A DNA stretch of 64,000 nt. Origin: Patescibacteria group bacterium (GTDB lineage Bacteria > Patescibacteriota > Patescibacteriia > Patescibacteriales > UBA12465). The stretch lies in contig JBAZZR010000003.1 in NCBI GenBank assembly GCA_041658665.1, forward strand, positions 4,125 to 68,124. The letters are read 5' to 3'. Both the position numbers and the translations under genes were made by a program. The notes under the pieces were generated by a model, which saw only the letters and a list, made by a program, of their open reading frames with translations, was not told the DNA's origin and ran no database searches. Of the stretch, positions 16,741-25,830 are shown piece by piece; the first letter of the stretch is position 1, and each line of letters starts with the position of its first letter.

Positions 16741-17946
16741 ATGGCTACAAGTTCAAAACTAAAAAATAAGTTAAAGATTATTCCCAAAAAATCAGGGGTT
16801 TATTTTTGGTTAGATAAGAATAAAAAAGTCTTATATGTCGGTCGAGCGACCAATCTCCATAACCGTTTAAGCCAGTATTTCCAGAAGAATATCAGCCCGC
16901 GGATCGCAGAAATGGTCGCCGCCGCGGTTGATTTGAGATATGAAGTAACCGAAACGCTACTCGAGGCTATCATCCTGGAAGCTAAGAACATCAAGAAATA
17001 TTGGCCAAAGTATAATATCGTCGATCGGGACGACCGCTCTTTCATATATGTCGTGATACCCAAGACAGATTACGCCAGACCGCTTATCGTCCGCGGTACT
17101 GATTTAAAAAAATTCGCGATCTCTGGCGCGGGTGCGAGCCGATCAGCTCAGTCGGCTAAAGTATTCGGACCCTATCAATCTTTTTATCTTTTACAGAATG
17201 CCTTGCGTCTGATCAGACGAATTTTTCCCTATGGCAATTGTCGACCGAATAGTGGACACGCCTGTTTTGATTACCAAATTGGCCTTTGTCCTGGAGCTTG
17301 TTTTGGCGCGGTGAGCGCCAGGGATTATAAAAAAAATATTAATAATATTATTCTGCTTTTGTCGGGAGAAAAGAAACGTTTAATAAAAAAGCTTATCAAA
17401 GATAATCCCGATAAAATTAAAGCCTTGCGTCATTTACAGGACGTTTCTCTATTAACTAAAGAAGAAAATCTAAGCGAAGAAAAAATCAGTCGCCTCGAGG
17501 GCTACGATATTTCTCATTTGCAAGGAAAAGAAACATATGGCTCAATGGTAGTATTTGAAAATGGAGAACCAATTAAACAGGAATACCGATTATTTAAAAT
17601 AAAAGAAGCGCCGGCGGGCGATGATGAAAGAGCTCTAGCCGAGGTTCTGCTTCGCCGTTTTAAACATCCGGAATGGGCTCTGCCTGACCTAATCATGATC
17701 GATGGCGGAACGCCACAGATTAGCTTCCTATCCAAGATATTATCAGCTAGCAATATTAGCGTGCCACTGGTCGGAATTTCCAAGTTTGGCGGAGACAGAT
17801 TGGTCTTCGCCGCCGGCAGCAATAAATCTCTGCGTGATTTAACGGAAAATATTAAGCCGACTTTACTTAAAGTTAGGGAAGAGGCTCATCGTTTCGCCAA
17901 TCGCGGCCGCAAGAAGGGTCTATCTATTAGGTTTAAAATGAGCTAA
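16741..17946 (+). CDS. uvrC: Excinuclease ABC subunit C, minimal form (GIY-YIG plus RNase H-like endonuclease domain)
   Basis: GIY-YIG (GVYFWLDKNKKVLYVGRATNLHNRLSQY), Cys cluster (CRPNSGHACFDYQIGLCPGAC) and endonuclease domain (GYDISHLQG ... IMIDGG). At 401 aa it ends before any helix-hairpin-helix pair. Confidence 0.85.
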   Translation: MATSSKLKNKLKIIPKKSGVYFWLDKNKKVLYVGRATNLHNRLSQYFQKNISPRIAEMVAAAVDLRYEVTETLLEAIILEAKNIKKYWPKYNIVDRDDRSFIYVVIPKTDYARPLIVRGTDLKKFAISGAGASRSAQSAKVFGPYQSFYLLQNALRLIRRIFPYGNCRPNSGHACFDYQIGLCPGACFGAVSARDYKKNINNIILLLSGEKKRLIKKLIKDNPDKIKALRHLQDVSLLTKEENLSEEKISRLEGYDISHLQGKETYGSMVVFENGEPIKQEYRLFKIKEAPAGDDERALAEVLLRRFKHPEWALPDLIMIDGGTPQISFLSKILSASNISVPLVGISKFGGDRLVFAAGSNKSLRDLTENIKPTLLKVREEAHRFANRGRKKGLSIRFKMS

Positions 17947-18019
17947 AATATAAGAGACCAAATACCCAGAGTTTACATCATTAAATATAAAAATTATTAA
18001 CTATTAATAATATAAATTT

Positions 18020-18754
18020 ATGAAAAAATCTTACATTTTTCTAAGTACCTTAGGAATTCTAGCCGTGGCCGCGATAGTTATTGTCGCTCTAGCCATGGCT
18101 AATAGAATTAACAACCAGGATCGTTTTTCTATTACCGGTTCAGGAACAGTTTATGCTAAAGCCGATATCGCTAATCTCGAAGTGGGGCTGCGAACGGGCG
18201 CCAAAAAAACAGCGGCCGAAGCAACCACCGATAGCAGCAATAAAATGAATGAAATAATCGGAGAATTGAAAAAATTAGATATTACTGAAAAAGATATTAA
18301 AACTACTAGTTATAACTTAAACCCGGTTTATAATTGGACCGATCAGGCCGGCCAACAACTAATTGGTTATGAAGTTGTGCAGAATCTGACTCTAAAAATC
18401 AGAGATTTAAGTAAAATCGGCGACGTAATCGCTCGAACCACAGAAAAAGGCGCTAACCAGATAGGTAATATTAATTTTACCATTGATGACGAATACGCCC
18501 TCAAAAATCAGGCGCGAGAATTAGCTATTCAAAAAGCTAAGGAAAAGGCCGAATTAATTGCCAAGCAATCGGGAATGAAGTTAGGAGAGATAAAGAGTGT
18601 TTACGAGAATTCCGAACCAATGATGCCGATTGCTTATTCTAACGCAAAAATGGATCTAAGAGCGGGATCAGGAGAAACGGTTGTCGCTCCTAATATTCAA
18701 ACCGGCCAAAACGAGATTAAAGTTGAAGTAACTTTAGTTTACGAAGTTAAATAA
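18020..18754 (+). CDS. SIMPL / DUF541 (BP26-like) envelope protein
   Basis: N-terminal anchor, then patterns typical of SIMPL-domain proteins (SGTVYAKADIANLEVGL, YNLNPVY, GYEVVQNLTLKIRD, ARELAIQKAKEKAE). Confidence 0.65.
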   Translation: MKKSYIFLSTLGILAVAAIVIVALAMANRINNQDRFSITGSGTVYAKADIANLEVGLRTGAKKTAAEATTDSSNKMNEIIGELKKLDITEKDIKTTSYNLNPVYNWTDQAGQQLIGYEVVQNLTLKIRDLSKIGDVIARTTEKGANQIGNINFTIDDEYALKNQARELAIQKAKEKAELIAKQSGMKLGEIKSVYENSEPMMPIAYSNAKMDLRAGSGETVVAPNIQTGQNEIKVEVTLVYEVK

Positions 18755-18771
18755 AATATTTATTTAAAAAA

Positions 18772-18797
18772 AGCGTTGTTTCAACAACGCTTTTTTT
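18772..18797. terminator. Rho-independent terminator between convergent genes (bidirectional)
   Basis: Stem agcgttg 18772-18778 / caacgct 18785-18791, T-run 18791-18797, with an A-run upstream serving the opposite strand. Confidence 0.8.
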
Positions 18798-18827
18798 AAA
18801 AAGAACAAATTTAAATTTAAAGAACTA

Positions 18828-19562
18828 TTAAGTCTCTCTTACTAAAAGCCGATTATTTGAACCTTCATGCTCATAGCGAGATTTTTTCATAAAACGATCC
18901 TGGAGATATTGTCTTAGTCCGCTTACTTCTTCGACTATTTGATCTACTCCATTTTTGAAAAAATCGTTTTTGTCATTAATACCGGAGCTAACACCAATAA
19001 ATTCTATCGGCCGTCCCGATCGACGAACTAGTTCTAAATCAAAATTAATGGTGTCCCCGAAATAAAATATTTCCCCTGCAAATGAATTTAACTTTTTTAT
19101 TTCGTTAAAAACTGAAGGGTGAGGCTTCACGTACTGGCAATTATCAGGCGTTACAACATAATGGAACATCTCTGTATTGAAACCTAAAGATTTATCCAAT
19201 AACTTTAAACGCTCAGCCCGCCTGCTAGTTATCAAACCAAGCGTATTACCAGCATAGGCTAAATCCCATAAAATTTGCAGTAGATCAAAATCCACCACGT
19301 AATTCATGGGCGACTCTGGGTCAATCTTTAAAAAATCCGGCGTCCGTTCTACCGCGCCGACTTTTTCGCAAACTAAACGAGCAATTTCTGCAAATGGGTG
19401 TCCCCAAATTTCTTTAAGAAAAGTCTCTTCAACAGCCGGTAAACCAATTTTATTTAACACTCCATTAACTTGTCGGAACCCTGGTCTGGTAGTATCTAAA
19501 ATCGTTCCGTCTAAATCAAATAAAAACATAGAAAAAACGCGTTCCAAAACTCTAGATTTCAT
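18828..19562 (-). CDS. HAD-superfamily hydrolase (phosphatase-like)
   Basis: DxD motif FLFDLDGTILDT, ITSR (motif II) and FGDTINFD (motif IV-like). A GGAGA SD lies 7 nt before the ATG at 19562; an internal ATG at 19529 is an alternative start. Confidence 0.7.
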   Translation of the reverse strand: MKSRVLERVFSMFLFDLDGTILDTTRPGFRQVNGVLNKIGLPAVEETFLKEIWGHPFAEIARLVCEKVGAVERTPDFLKIDPESPMNYVVDFDLLQILWDLAYAGNTLGLITSRRAERLKLLDKSLGFNTEMFHYVVTPDNCQYVKPHPSVFNEIKKLNSFAGEIFYFGDTINFDLELVRRSGRPIEFIGVSSGINDKNDFFKNGVDQIVEEVSGLRQYLQDRFMKKSRYEHEGSNNRLLVRET

Positions 19563-19645
19563 GGTCGTATCTCCAATTGTGAAAGAAAAATAATTTAATT
19601 GTTACTATTTAAACACAATTAATTTTCTACGTCAATATTTCTATC

Positions 19646-19673
19646 TTGACAAATAATTTAAATCTGCTAATAT
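19646..19673 (+). promoter_or_regulatory. Sigma70-type promoter for the rplJ-rplL operon
   Basis: TTGACA 19646-19651, 16-nt spacer, TAATAT 19668-19673. Confidence 0.6.
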
Positions 19674-19691
19674 ATCCACATAATCAAATTC

Positions 19692-19799
19692 CTACCACAG
19701 ACAGCCAGCCAAGCGCTTAGAGGCGCTTATAAGTCTTGCCGAGGTAAGAAATACTAAATTATAGTATTTTTACTAGTCTGTGCTACCACAGATTTTTTT
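19692..19799 (+). promoter_or_regulatory. Ribosomal protein L10-leader-like attenuator (multi-hairpin leader with terminator/antiterminator alternative)
   Basis: cacagac 19696-19702 pairs with gtctgtg 19776-19782, enclosing hairpins aagcgc/gcgctt (19711-19728) and atacta/tagtat (19751-19767). Alternatively, tctgtg 19777-19782 pairs with cacaga 19787-19792 followed by T7 (19793-19799). The 10-mer ctaccacaga occurs twice (19692, 19783). Confidence 0.55.
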
Positions 19800-19817
19800 A
19801 TTATCTAACCATCATAT

Positions 19818-20345
19818 ATGCCTAAAAATAAAATTCAAAAACAAGAAATTTTTCGTAATTTAAACGAAAAAATTAAAAAATCTAAATCAATGGTCTTCGC
19901 CGGATTTGATGCTTTAGGCGTCAAAGATAACGAAAATTTACGCGCTAAATTAAGAAAAGAAAATAGCGAATATTATGTCGCCAAGAAAACTCTAATGAAT
20001 TTAGCTTTTAAAGCCAATAAGCTAGATATCAATATTCGAGATTTCGACGGCAAGGTGGCGGCCATCTTTTCTTACGAGGATGAAATCGCCCCGGCCAAAG
20101 TTTTAGGAGAATTTCGCAAAGATAAAGATAAAGAAAATCGCGTTTTCTTTCTAGGCGGAATATTAGAAGGCAAATTATTATCAAAACAGGAAGTGGAAGC
20201 TTTATCTAAGTTGCCAAGTAAGACCGAGCTATATGCTAAATTAGTCGGTTCCCTGAATGCTCCAATTTCTGGCTTCGTTAACGTTCTAGCCGGTAATATC
20301 CGAAACCTAGTCAATGTTTTAAAAGCGATTGAAGAAAAAAAATAA
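19818..20345 (+). CDS. rplJ: 50S ribosomal protein L10
   Basis: Size, position upstream of L7/L12, and L10-like sequence (MVFAGFDALGVKDNENLRAKLRKENSEYYVAKKTL). Confidence 0.9.
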   Translation: MPKNKIQKQEIFRNLNEKIKKSKSMVFAGFDALGVKDNENLRAKLRKENSEYYVAKKTLMNLAFKANKLDINIRDFDGKVAAIFSYEDEIAPAKVLGEFRKDKDKENRVFFLGGILEGKLLSKQEVEALSKLPSKTELYAKLVGSLNAPISGFVNVLAGNIRNLVNVLKAIEEKK

Positions 20346-20418
20346 TAAATAATTAATATAAAAAATAATTAACTGGAAATTTGTTGCCTCCGGCTCAAAT
20401 TATCCACTAAATAAAAGT

Positions 20419-20811
20419 ATGGAAGAAAAAAATGTTGTCGTTCCGGCAAAATTTGAAAAATTAGTCGGCGAAATTGAAAAAATGAGCGTGCTAGATTTAG
20501 CGGAACTCGTTAAAATTTTAGAAGAAAAATTTGGCGTTAGCGCTTCAGCGCCGGCGATGATGATGGCTCCGGCAGCGGCCGCGGCGGCCGTTGAAGAAAA
20601 GGATAGTTTCGATGTCGAGATTACCGCTGGTGGCGCTAATAAAATCAACGTTATTAAAGCAGTTCGGGAATTAACCGAAATGGGCTTAAAAGAAGCTAAA
20701 GATTTAGTTGACGCCGCTCCGAAAGTTTTAAAAGAAGGCGTTAAGAAGGAGGAAGCCGAAAAAATGAAAAAGAGATTAGAAGAAGCGGGAGCTAAAGTAA
20801 CTCTTAAATAA
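20419..20811 (+). CDS. rplL: 50S ribosomal protein L7/L12
   Basis: N-terminal dimerisation helix, Ala-rich hinge ([17 protein letters not shown]) and C-terminal domain ([24 protein letters not shown] ... AGAKVTLK). Confidence 0.95.
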   Translation: MEEKNVVVPAKFEKLVGEIEKMSVLDLAELVKILEEKFGVSASAPAMMMAPAAAAAAVEEKDSFDVEITAGGANKINVIKAVRELTEMGLKEAKDLVDAAPKVLKEGVKKEEAEKMKKRLEEAGAKVTLK

Positions 20812-20855
20812 ATTACCAGTTTAAATAAACTCAAAAATTTAAATAAACTTAAAAA

Positions 20856-20877
20856 AACCGCTTTTAGCGGTTTTTTT
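20856..20877. terminator. Rho-independent terminator after rplL (bidirectional)
   Basis: aaccgc 20856-20861 / gcggtt 20867-20872, T-run to 20877, with an A-run upstream. Confidence 0.8.
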
Positions 20878-20902
20878 GATATGATGACTAACTTAACTTA
20901 AT

Positions 20903-23161
20903 TTATTTTAACTGAACTTTCCAAAGGGAACTACTCGCTAAAAAATAAACTGATTTAGTACTTTCATCCACTGTAAAATCCAGAGAACTATTTAAAGAGT
21001 CAAAGATATACTGGCTAGTTAAATGGCCATCACTCCGGGATAAAACTACTAAACGCTTACTAATGGGCTCAAAAATATAAATATAATTCTGGCCAGCTAA
21101 TATTTTTTGCGCTTGCGTCATAACCGGAGAAACGGGCAAAGATTTATAATCAGACTTCTGGCCCTTAAAAAATTTCATTACTTGACCACTGGCCTGTAAG
21201 ACATAAATATCGCCATCGACTAATAAATCGCTAGCTGTATTTAAATTAGTCGCTTCCTTGAGCCAAGCGCTTTTCGCGCCAAAGCTAGTAGCGCCTCGCG
21301 TATAGCGATAGATTTGGTTTTGACTAGCGCGCAAAGCATACAAATTACTATTAAAAATTCTGGCTTGCCCCAGACTAAGAGCCGGCTCCGGTTCATTAAC
21401 TATAATAGAGCTATTAGCTCTAGTTTTTATATTGAACTGGATAATTTTATTATCACTAGCATAATATAAATTATCTTTCTTATCAAAAGATAAAAACTGT
21501 AAACTGTTCACCCCGGTAATCTCTGTTTTAACATAAGAAGTCGATCCGGGCACGAAAGAATAAACAAGCCGATCGCTGCTCGCGAATATTTTCCCAGCGG
21601 CGAAGGTTATATTTTTTACCACAAAACTACTAAGATCATTTATTTTTACCGGCGGCTCCGCTTTAACTATCTTTTGAATTTTTTCTTGTTCAGTTTTTAA
21701 CTCGCCGCTTAAACGCTCATAAATAGCTTTCTGGGCTTTAGTTTCTTGGGGCAAAGTCGCTAGCAGGGCTTGAGTTTCTAGCAAAACCCGACTGGCGCCC
21801 TCTTCGTCATTATAAAGAAGATGCGTAGCAATACCATTATTCTTTTCTTCAATCTGACTAACTAGATTATCAAAATTTTCTTGAACTATGCGACGCTGAC
21901 GACTCCAATTAGTTAAAGATAAACTAATAACTAATACGAGGATAACTAGCCCTAAAGCCAAAAGTAAATATCGATTTTTTAAATTTAAACTGATTAGAGA
22001 ATTTTTTAAAGCACGGCCGAACTTTTGCCACGACTGTTTATTAAATATAATGTTAATAATTCTTAGTGTTTTCTTAAAACCAGCTAATAAAAAATTAGAT
22101 TCATGTTTAAAAAATATTTTTTCGGCTTTTAAGAAAGAGTCCGAACGAGCTAAATTAAGACTCTTAACTACTCCCAAATCTAGAGGGGCTTGAACATTTT
22201 TTTCCGATTGAACAGAATATTTTTTCTTAGACCGCTGCGGCTTAGTCAATTTAGTTCCTAGCCAATGTTTTAAATTTTTAATAATTTTAGAAAAACTAAT
22301 TAAGCCGGCTGGGGCGAGCATCTGTTCAGTTTTTTGCTCGGTATAATTTAGGGAAGAAATAGAACTATGCGCCGACGAATTCGAAGTATTGGCATACGTT
22401 TCTTCTCGAAATTCTGGTAGGGACAAGCCAACGGTATTTTTAATGATTAGACCTAAAAATGGGACATAATTATTAATCTTATTGAGAACATTTTTAATTT
22501 GTTCGGCGGCGGTCATCGGTGGCAACTTAGTAATAATATCAACTAATTCTTTACTGGAGAGATATTCGAGCAAGGCTTCGCTGCCAAATAGAAAATAAGA
22601 ACCGAGAGGAATTTCGCCACTAATCACGGAAGAAAATAATTTAGGTAATTGAATTCTATCAACTTGAGAGTCTTCGGAATTATTATCAGCGAACTCCGCC
22701 GCATTAGCTTCAACATTAATTAATTCATAATTTCCGCCGCGCTGATAGATTAAAACCGAACGGTTATGGCCAAAATTAGCAAAATGTAATTTGTCCTCAA
22801 AAACTACTCCTAAAGTAATGCTGGTCGCCGTGGGAGTCAGTTTAATTTTTTCTGCTAACAAAAACTCCGCCAAATCTTTATTAGTTCTAGTTAAAGCCGC
22901 TTCAAAAATATTTTCTATCTTTAAACCTTCGATCTTATCGCGAAATAAAATCTTTTCATCATTATAATAATTATGACCTAACGACGAAACTATAAAATCA
23001 AAGATTTTTTTTGTTTCTGTTTTTTTACCACCAATTTCGGCTAGAACAAAAATCTTACCAGCTAAATTTTCCTTTAAGGAGTCCGGCTGAGCGACAAAAA
23101 CATCGCTTAAACCAGCCGCTTTAGCGGAATTCAAAATAATCGACGCAATCTTATTATACAT
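20903..23161 (-). CDS. Large single-pass membrane protein: cytoplasmic PP2C/SpoIIE-like (degenerate) N-domain, TM helix, extracellular beta-rich C-domain
   Basis: N-domain patterns (LGVVFEDKLHFANFGHNRSVLIY and GSYFLFGSEALLEYL) resemble PP2C blocks but lack the metal-binding Asp residues. TM helix YLLLALGLVILVLVISLSL. The C-terminal about 250 aa has repeated beta-strand-like segments. The fold assignment is weak. Confidence 0.4.
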   Translation of the reverse strand: MYNKIASIILNSAKAAGLSDVFVAQPDSLKENLAGKIFVLAEIGGKKTETKKIFDFIVSSLGHNYYNDEKILFRDKIEGLKIENIFEAALTRTNKDLAEFLLAEKIKLTPTATSITLGVVFEDKLHFANFGHNRSVLIYQRGGNYELINVEANAAEFADNNSEDSQVDRIQLPKLFSSVISGEIPLGSYFLFGSEALLEYLSSKELVDIITKLPPMTAAEQIKNVLNKINNYVPFLGLIIKNTVGLSLPEFREETYANTSNSSAHSSISSLNYTEQKTEQMLAPAGLISFSKIIKNLKHWLGTKLTKPQRSKKKYSVQSEKNVQAPLDLGVVKSLNLARSDSFLKAEKIFFKHESNFLLAGFKKTLRIINIIFNKQSWQKFGRALKNSLISLNLKNRYLLLALGLVILVLVISLSLTNWSRQRRIVQENFDNLVSQIEEKNNGIATHLLYNDEEGASRVLLETQALLATLPQETKAQKAIYERLSGELKTEQEKIQKIVKAEPPVKINDLSSFVVKNITFAAGKIFASSDRLVYSFVPGSTSYVKTEITGVNSLQFLSFDKKDNLYYASDNKIIQFNIKTRANSSIIVNEPEPALSLGQARIFNSNLYALRASQNQIYRYTRGATSFGAKSAWLKEATNLNTASDLLVDGDIYVLQASGQVMKFFKGQKSDYKSLPVSPVMTQAQKILAGQNYIYIFEPISKRLVVLSRSDGHLTSQYIFDSLNSSLDFTVDESTKSVYFLASSSLWKVQLK

Positions 23162-23243
23162 AATCTAATAACAAATTTTGAACAAAATTTTAGTTTGACT
23201 GTTTTCTCTTAATATTATACTATAAACTTATAAATAAAGAAAT

Positions 23244-23840
23244 ATGCTAGAAGCTATTTTCGGCTCAGAAACTCGAGTAAAAATCATTAATTTTTTGTTA
23301 TTGTCAACAGAAAAAAAGTACCAATTAATGGCTCTCGTTAAGAATTTGAATCTGTCCGCCGCCCCTTTGCGACGCGAACTAGATAACCTGGTTAAATTCG
23401 GGTTAATTAAGGAAGAAAAAATAATTATTACCACCAATAAAAAAAATCAGCCAGCTGAACAAAAAAACTACAGCGCTAATACCGCTTTCATTCTGTATCC
23501 CGAAATCAAAACCCTCTTTGCGAAAGCGCAAATACTCTTCAGCCAAAAATTTATAAATAATCTGCAAAAAATCAGCCAGACTAAATTTTTAGCTTTAAGC
23601 GGAATATTTACTAATGACTCTGAAGCTAAAACCGATATTTTAATCGCCGGACATATTAAAAAATCTTCATTTTTAAAATTAATCCAGGGTTTAGAAAAGG
23701 AGCTCGGTCGGGAAATAAACTTCACTATTCTTAGCGAACAAGAATTCCGCTACCGAGAAACAGTAATGGATATATTTTTATATTCTATTTTAGAAGGTAA
23801 AACTCTTATCTTGCTGGATAATCTTCATAAAACAAAGTAA
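23244..23840 (+). CDS. Putative winged-helix DNA-binding protein with uncharacterised C-terminal domain
   Basis: N-terminus (FGSETRVKIINFLLL...LMALVKNLNLSAAPLRRELDNLVKFGLI) looks like an ArsR/MarR-type wHTH. The rest is unassigned. Confidence 0.4.
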   Translation: MLEAIFGSETRVKIINFLLLSTEKKYQLMALVKNLNLSAAPLRRELDNLVKFGLIKEEKIIITTNKKNQPAEQKNYSANTAFILYPEIKTLFAKAQILFSQKFINNLQKISQTKFLALSGIFTNDSEAKTDILIAGHIKKSSFLKLIQGLEKELGREINFTILSEQEFRYRETVMDIFLYSILEGKTLILLDNLHKTK

Positions 23841-23842
23841 CT

Positions 23843-25741
23843 ATGTCCCATTATTTCCCTAAAATATTGTCGGCGATAACCACTCTGCTTAAATATATTA
23901 TTTTGGCCGGAGCGGCCTTTATCCTGCTAATTTTAATCGCCCTAGGCAGCGCTTATCATAATCTTAAAAACGCGGCGGAAAACGGTTTTACTGGTCGAAA
24001 ATATTTAAGCGCCGCGGTTGACGCTGTACAAAGGCAGGATTGGCCAGCCGCCAAGAATCAGACGGCCGACGCCCGTGATTCTTTTATCTCGGCTCTTGAA
24101 AACTTAGAACAAACTAAGACTAACGTCGCCATCAAATATATTAGTCCTATTCGCCAGCAAATAAATGATTTAGAATATTTACTGAAAACGGCCGAAATAT
24201 TATCCCGCTCGCTGGCCAGAGTATTACCTCTCGCTCAGGAATTAGACGACCTCCGCTCGGGGACAGTGAGCGGAAATTTTAGTGACCTTCCGGAAAATGA
24301 CAAAAAAAAATTCTTACAACTTATCTATGAATCGGAACCTGAATTAAATGGCTTGCGGGCTAATTTAGAACTGGCGATTCTTAACCTCGATAAAATTCAT
24401 CGTCTTAGCCTCTTATGGCCGATTTACGCGGAGATAAGTGATATTAAACAAGAACTGCAAGTGGGCTCGCTACTGATGACTAAACTATCACCGATTGTTA
24501 AGCTACTACCAGCCTTAACTGGTTATCCGAGCGCTAGTCGATTTTTAATTGTTCTCCAAAATAATGATGAATTGCGTCCGACGGGAGGATTCATTGGCAC
24601 CTATGGCCTTATGGAAATAAAAAACGGCCAGCTGTTTTCTCTAAAAACAGACGATAGTTATCATTTGGATATGCCCGCGTCTCTTAGCGATAAATGGCAA
24701 ACCAAGGCCCCCGAAATATTAAAAAAATATTTAAAAGTAGAAAAATGGTATTTACGTGATGCTAATTGGTCGCCAGACTGGCCGAGCGCTGCCCAAAAAA
24801 TTCAAGAAATATACAACGGGGAAGCGACCGCTATTGGACAAGAGGCCTTATTATTCACGGGGATTATTGCCATTAATCCCGACTTAATCGCTGATTTACT
24901 AAAGTTAGTCGGACCGATAGAATTACGCGGCGCCAGTTACCGTTTTGATAATTTACAACAACTTTTACAATATAACGTAGAAGTCGCCTACAAAGAACAA
25001 AACATATCGGCCTGGGATCGTAAAGAAATTATTAATGAATTAATGACGGAAATAAAAAATCGTCTTTTCCGCTTAGAGTCGGCGCGCTGGAATCAACTCT
25101 TTAAAATATTGGACCATAATATAAACACCAAGAATATCCAAATTTATTTTAACGCCGCCACTTGGGAAACGCTCGCTCAAAATATCGGACTAAGCGGAGA
25201 AATAAAAAATCCCGCTAGTGATTATTTATTAGTAGTCGACGCTAATCTCGGCGCTTTTAAAAGCGACGCTGTCATGAAAAAAACCATAGAGTATAATGTT
25301 ACTGAAACTAACACCGGCCTTCAGACAAATCTCAAGTTAAATTATCGCCACGAGGGCGGCTTTGATTGGCGAACCACTCGCTACCGTAGCTATACAAGGA
25401 TATACGCCCCACTCGGCAGTCGCTTAATATCAATCGACGGCTTAGACTCGACTCAAGCTAATCTGAGCGTCGTTGATGATAAAAATTTAAACAAAACTGT
25501 TTTTGGTTTTTTCTGGACTATCGAACCAGGTAAATTTACAGAAATAAATATTAACTATAATTTGCCTAATCGACTTAAAACCGCCCTGAAAGAAAACGGC
25601 TACGAATTACTCGTGCAAAAACAATCCGGGCAAAGGCTAAAAACTTTTAAAGCTAGCTTTAAGTCGCAGACGGGGAAAAGGGAAGAATGGACCAGTCCTC
25701 TAGAATCTGACCAAAACTTCACGACCGCCACTCTTCGATAA
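23843..25741 (+). CDS. DUF4012-like membrane-anchored extracellular protein
   Basis: N-terminal TM helix and a central NNDELRPTGGFIGTYG block, which I recognise as the DUF4012 signature. Starts 3 nt after the upstream gene. Confidence 0.6.
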   Translation: MSHYFPKILSAITTLLKYIILAGAAFILLILIALGSAYHNLKNAAENGFTGRKYLSAAVDAVQRQDWPAAKNQTADARDSFISALENLEQTKTNVAIKYISPIRQQINDLEYLLKTAEILSRSLARVLPLAQELDDLRSGTVSGNFSDLPENDKKKFLQLIYESEPELNGLRANLELAILNLDKIHRLSLLWPIYAEISDIKQELQVGSLLMTKLSPIVKLLPALTGYPSASRFLIVLQNNDELRPTGGFIGTYGLMEIKNGQLFSLKTDDSYHLDMPASLSDKWQTKAPEILKKYLKVEKWYLRDANWSPDWPSAAQKIQEIYNGEATAIGQEALLFTGIIAINPDLIADLLKLVGPIELRGASYRFDNLQQLLQYNVEVAYKEQNISAWDRKEIINELMTEIKNRLFRLESARWNQLFKILDHNINTKNIQIYFNAATWETLAQNIGLSGEIKNPASDYLLVVDANLGAFKSDAVMKKTIEYNVTETNTGLQTNLKLNYRHEGGFDWRTTRYRSYTRIYAPLGSRLISIDGLDSTQANLSVVDDKNLNKTVFGFFWTIEPGKFTEININYNLPNRLKTALKENGYELLVQKQSGQRLKTFKASFKSQTGKREEWTSPLESDQNFTTATLR

Positions 25742-25773
25742 CTTTAATAAACTTAAACCGAAATCGACAACAA

Positions 25774-25800
25774 AAATCCCGCTATCAACCGGGATTTTTT
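25774..25800. terminator. Rho-independent terminator between convergent genes
   Basis: aaatcccg 25774-25781 / cgggattt 25790-25797, T-run to 25800. Confidence 0.8.
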
Positions 25801-25830
25801 ATTCAACAATTTTTACTTTTTTCTATTCTA

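Noticed and set aside
20400-20834. 144-aa ORF antisense to rplL, and similar antisense ORFs (576-833, 5652-5933, 8044-8343, 9695-10381, 12304-12600, 14835-15038, 17514-17822, 30528-30854, 32100-32391, 44893-45126, 49970-50287, 51244-51719, 56601-56939, 57108-57530, 61734-62015, 63803-63991)
   Set aside because: All lie entirely inside well-supported genes on the opposite strand. They have low-complexity or compositionally odd translations with no motifs. They are typical shadow ORFs.
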